NCBI RefSeq assembly: GCF_024521635.1
Contig: NW_026250419.1
Span: 806,001-869,811 of the forward strand
Source: Tricharina praecox
Lineage: Eukaryota
Length of the DNA: 63,811 nt
Reading direction: 5' to 3'
The notes beneath the pieces were generated by a model. It was not told where the DNA came from. It searched no databases and saw only the letters and a list, made by a program, of their open reading frames with translations. How positions within the stretch are numbered: the first letter of the stretch is position 1; each line of letters opens with the position of its first letter. Shown here piece after piece: positions 62,301-63,811 of the stretch. The position numbers were made by a program, and so were the translations under genes.

Positions 62301-63451
62301 TCCGCCCTGTCCATACAGCCCGTCCGCTCCCTCCCTCTTCCGTGCTCCCACAACCCATCGGCGCCGTCGCCTCTTCCGTGCCTGTCAAGGCGCCTAGCTC
62401 GTAGACTGGGAGGCTATAGAGAGAAGACTGGTTTACTGCACAGAATAGGGGGTTTTGAGGGGCGCGATACGCAGTTGAGAGAAATCAGCCATGACGTTGA
62501 TGGATAAATCGATGGTGATGTTCTATTTACGCTAAGAGATTCCTTCTTCTAGACGCTCATGGCGCCAAGACCGTCGGCCTTGGCGCATGTGACGGCGATA
62601 GCTGCCTTCCCGACCCGATCCCGTCGGTGCCGTCTTGGCAACCGTGACAGTGCCGTCACCTCTTCCATGCCGTCACCACTTCCGGCCCTTGGACTCGTCC
62701 GTGCCGTCAGCTTTTCCGGCCGGTGGTCTGGCTCCTTTACTCTTCCGCTCCTTGACTTGTTCGCAGCATGGACTTCCTCCTACACCTCTTTCGCTCTCAC
62801 ACCTCTTCCGCTCCTAAACCTCTTCTGGCCATCAACTCGTCGGTGTGTGAACTCGAACATTCCGTGCTCGTCGGTGTCGTCAACTCGACCCTTCCGGCGG
62901 CGTCATTTCTTCCGTAGTCCCACAAATCTTTCTTGCTCCAAAAAGTCTTCCGTGTTCCCACAACTCTTCCGCTCCTTCAACTCTTTCATGCCCTCTCATT
63001 CTTTCCTGCCGCGAGCTCTTCCATGCTCCCTCCCTCTTCCGTGCTCCTACCACTCTTGTCACAGTTCAGAAATCCTGGCCTTAAGTAGCTACTGGGTTGA
63101 TGGCCTTCAGCCATCAAAATACCTTTTGGCCGAGTGGTATAGTACTTTCCCAGTGTACTTTATTACAACTCTTCTGTGCCGGCATCTCATCCACGCTGTC
63201 AACGCTTCCCCGTCCATGCCCTTGACTGGCCCTCTGCCAAAATTTCTGTGCTCGCTCACTCTTCCATGATCCCACAATTCTTCCTTGCTCTCTTATCCTT
63301 CCTTTCTCTTTCATTCCTTTGTGCTCCCACATCTCTTCCGGGGTCTTGACTCTTCCTGGGCCTTGACCCTTCCGGGGCCCTGACTCTTCCGTGCCATAAA
63401 CGCGTCAGTGCCATCAGCTCGTCGCTGCTGTCGAGGAGTTGACGGCACTAG
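62301..63451 (+). repeat. Subtelomeric degenerate 16/17-bp minisatellite block 2, same family as block 1
   Basis: Units such as CTTGACTCTTCC, CGTCAACTCG and CTCTTCCGTGC, interrupted by unrelated stretches. Terminal hairpin at about 63408-63448 followed by CTAG|T. The left boundary is uncertain. Confidence 0.7.
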
Positions 63452-63654
63452 TTAGCTGTTAAGCTTTGGGCAGCGCCATGCTGACGTCACCTAGCACATG
63501 GGGTAAAAACATAGGACGAACAAATACCCCCGCTGGCAGCACTGTAAACGCGATCTCTCCCTACTTTTCCTCGCCCTTCCCGTCCCGACCGAATAACACC
63601 GAGGCAGGGACAGAGGTAACAGTTGTTGAATTAACAAGTTGCTGCACGAAGAAC

Positions 63655-63811
63655 TTAGGGTTAGGGTTATGGGTTAGGGTTAGGGTTAGGGTTAGGGTTA
63701 GGGTTAGGGTTAGGGTTAGGGTTAGGGTTAGGGTTAGGGTTAGGGTTAGGGTTAGGGTTAGGGTTAGGGTTAGGGTTAGGGTTAGGGTTAGGGTTAGGGT
63801 TAGGGTTAGGG
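63655..63811 (+). repeat. Telomere (TTAGGG)n
   Basis: Two TTAGGG, one variant TTATGGG (63667-63673), then 23 perfect TTAGGG to the window end. The G-rich strand runs outward. Confidence 0.99.

Noticed and set aside
60431..63332. Subtelomeric ORFs (for example 62559-63269, 236 aa) or a CRISPR-like array
   Set aside because: The ORFs are translations of the minisatellite. Units are contiguous and degenerate with no unique spacers, and the DNA is eukaryotic.

Overview
Right-hand chromosome end of a filamentous ascomycete. The evidence is short GT-AG introns with CTRAC branch points and a terminal (TTAGGG)n telomere at 63655-63811; Pezizomycetes is a guess from gene style only. The window has four zones. 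(1) 1-31 kb is gene-dense: a 4-exon 7TM membrane protein missed by the ORF track, XAP5/FAM50, meiotic E3 ligase HEI10, an 808-aa unknown protein, a NIPA/DUF803 Mg transporter, COA2, a PNPOx-like protein with a homopolymer frameshift, a 1254-aa mitochondrial PPR protein, a Zn2Cys6 transcription factor, and a divergent arsenate reductase (ACR2-like) / arsenite exporter (ACR3) pair. (2) 31-38 kb is a transposon-rich accessory island: a TA-flanked Tc1/mariner relic, an F-box/ankyrin gene, a long-TIR foldback element and a LINE relic. (3) 39-56 kb holds LST4/FNIP followed by about 13 kb of microsatellite-rich, apparently gene-free DNA. (4) The subtelomere holds an orphan basic protein with D-box, Cy and NLS motifs, a small secreted 8-Cys protein and minisatellite blocks with Helitron-like ends. 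The most intriguing items are a twice-present ~280-bp element with a structured tRNA-headed Pol III-like unit, the arsenic locus with a palindromic bidirectional promoter and neighbouring Zn2Cys6 factor, and the orphan cell-cycle-motif protein. All exon models were derived by hand and all family assignments come from recalled motifs, not database searches.
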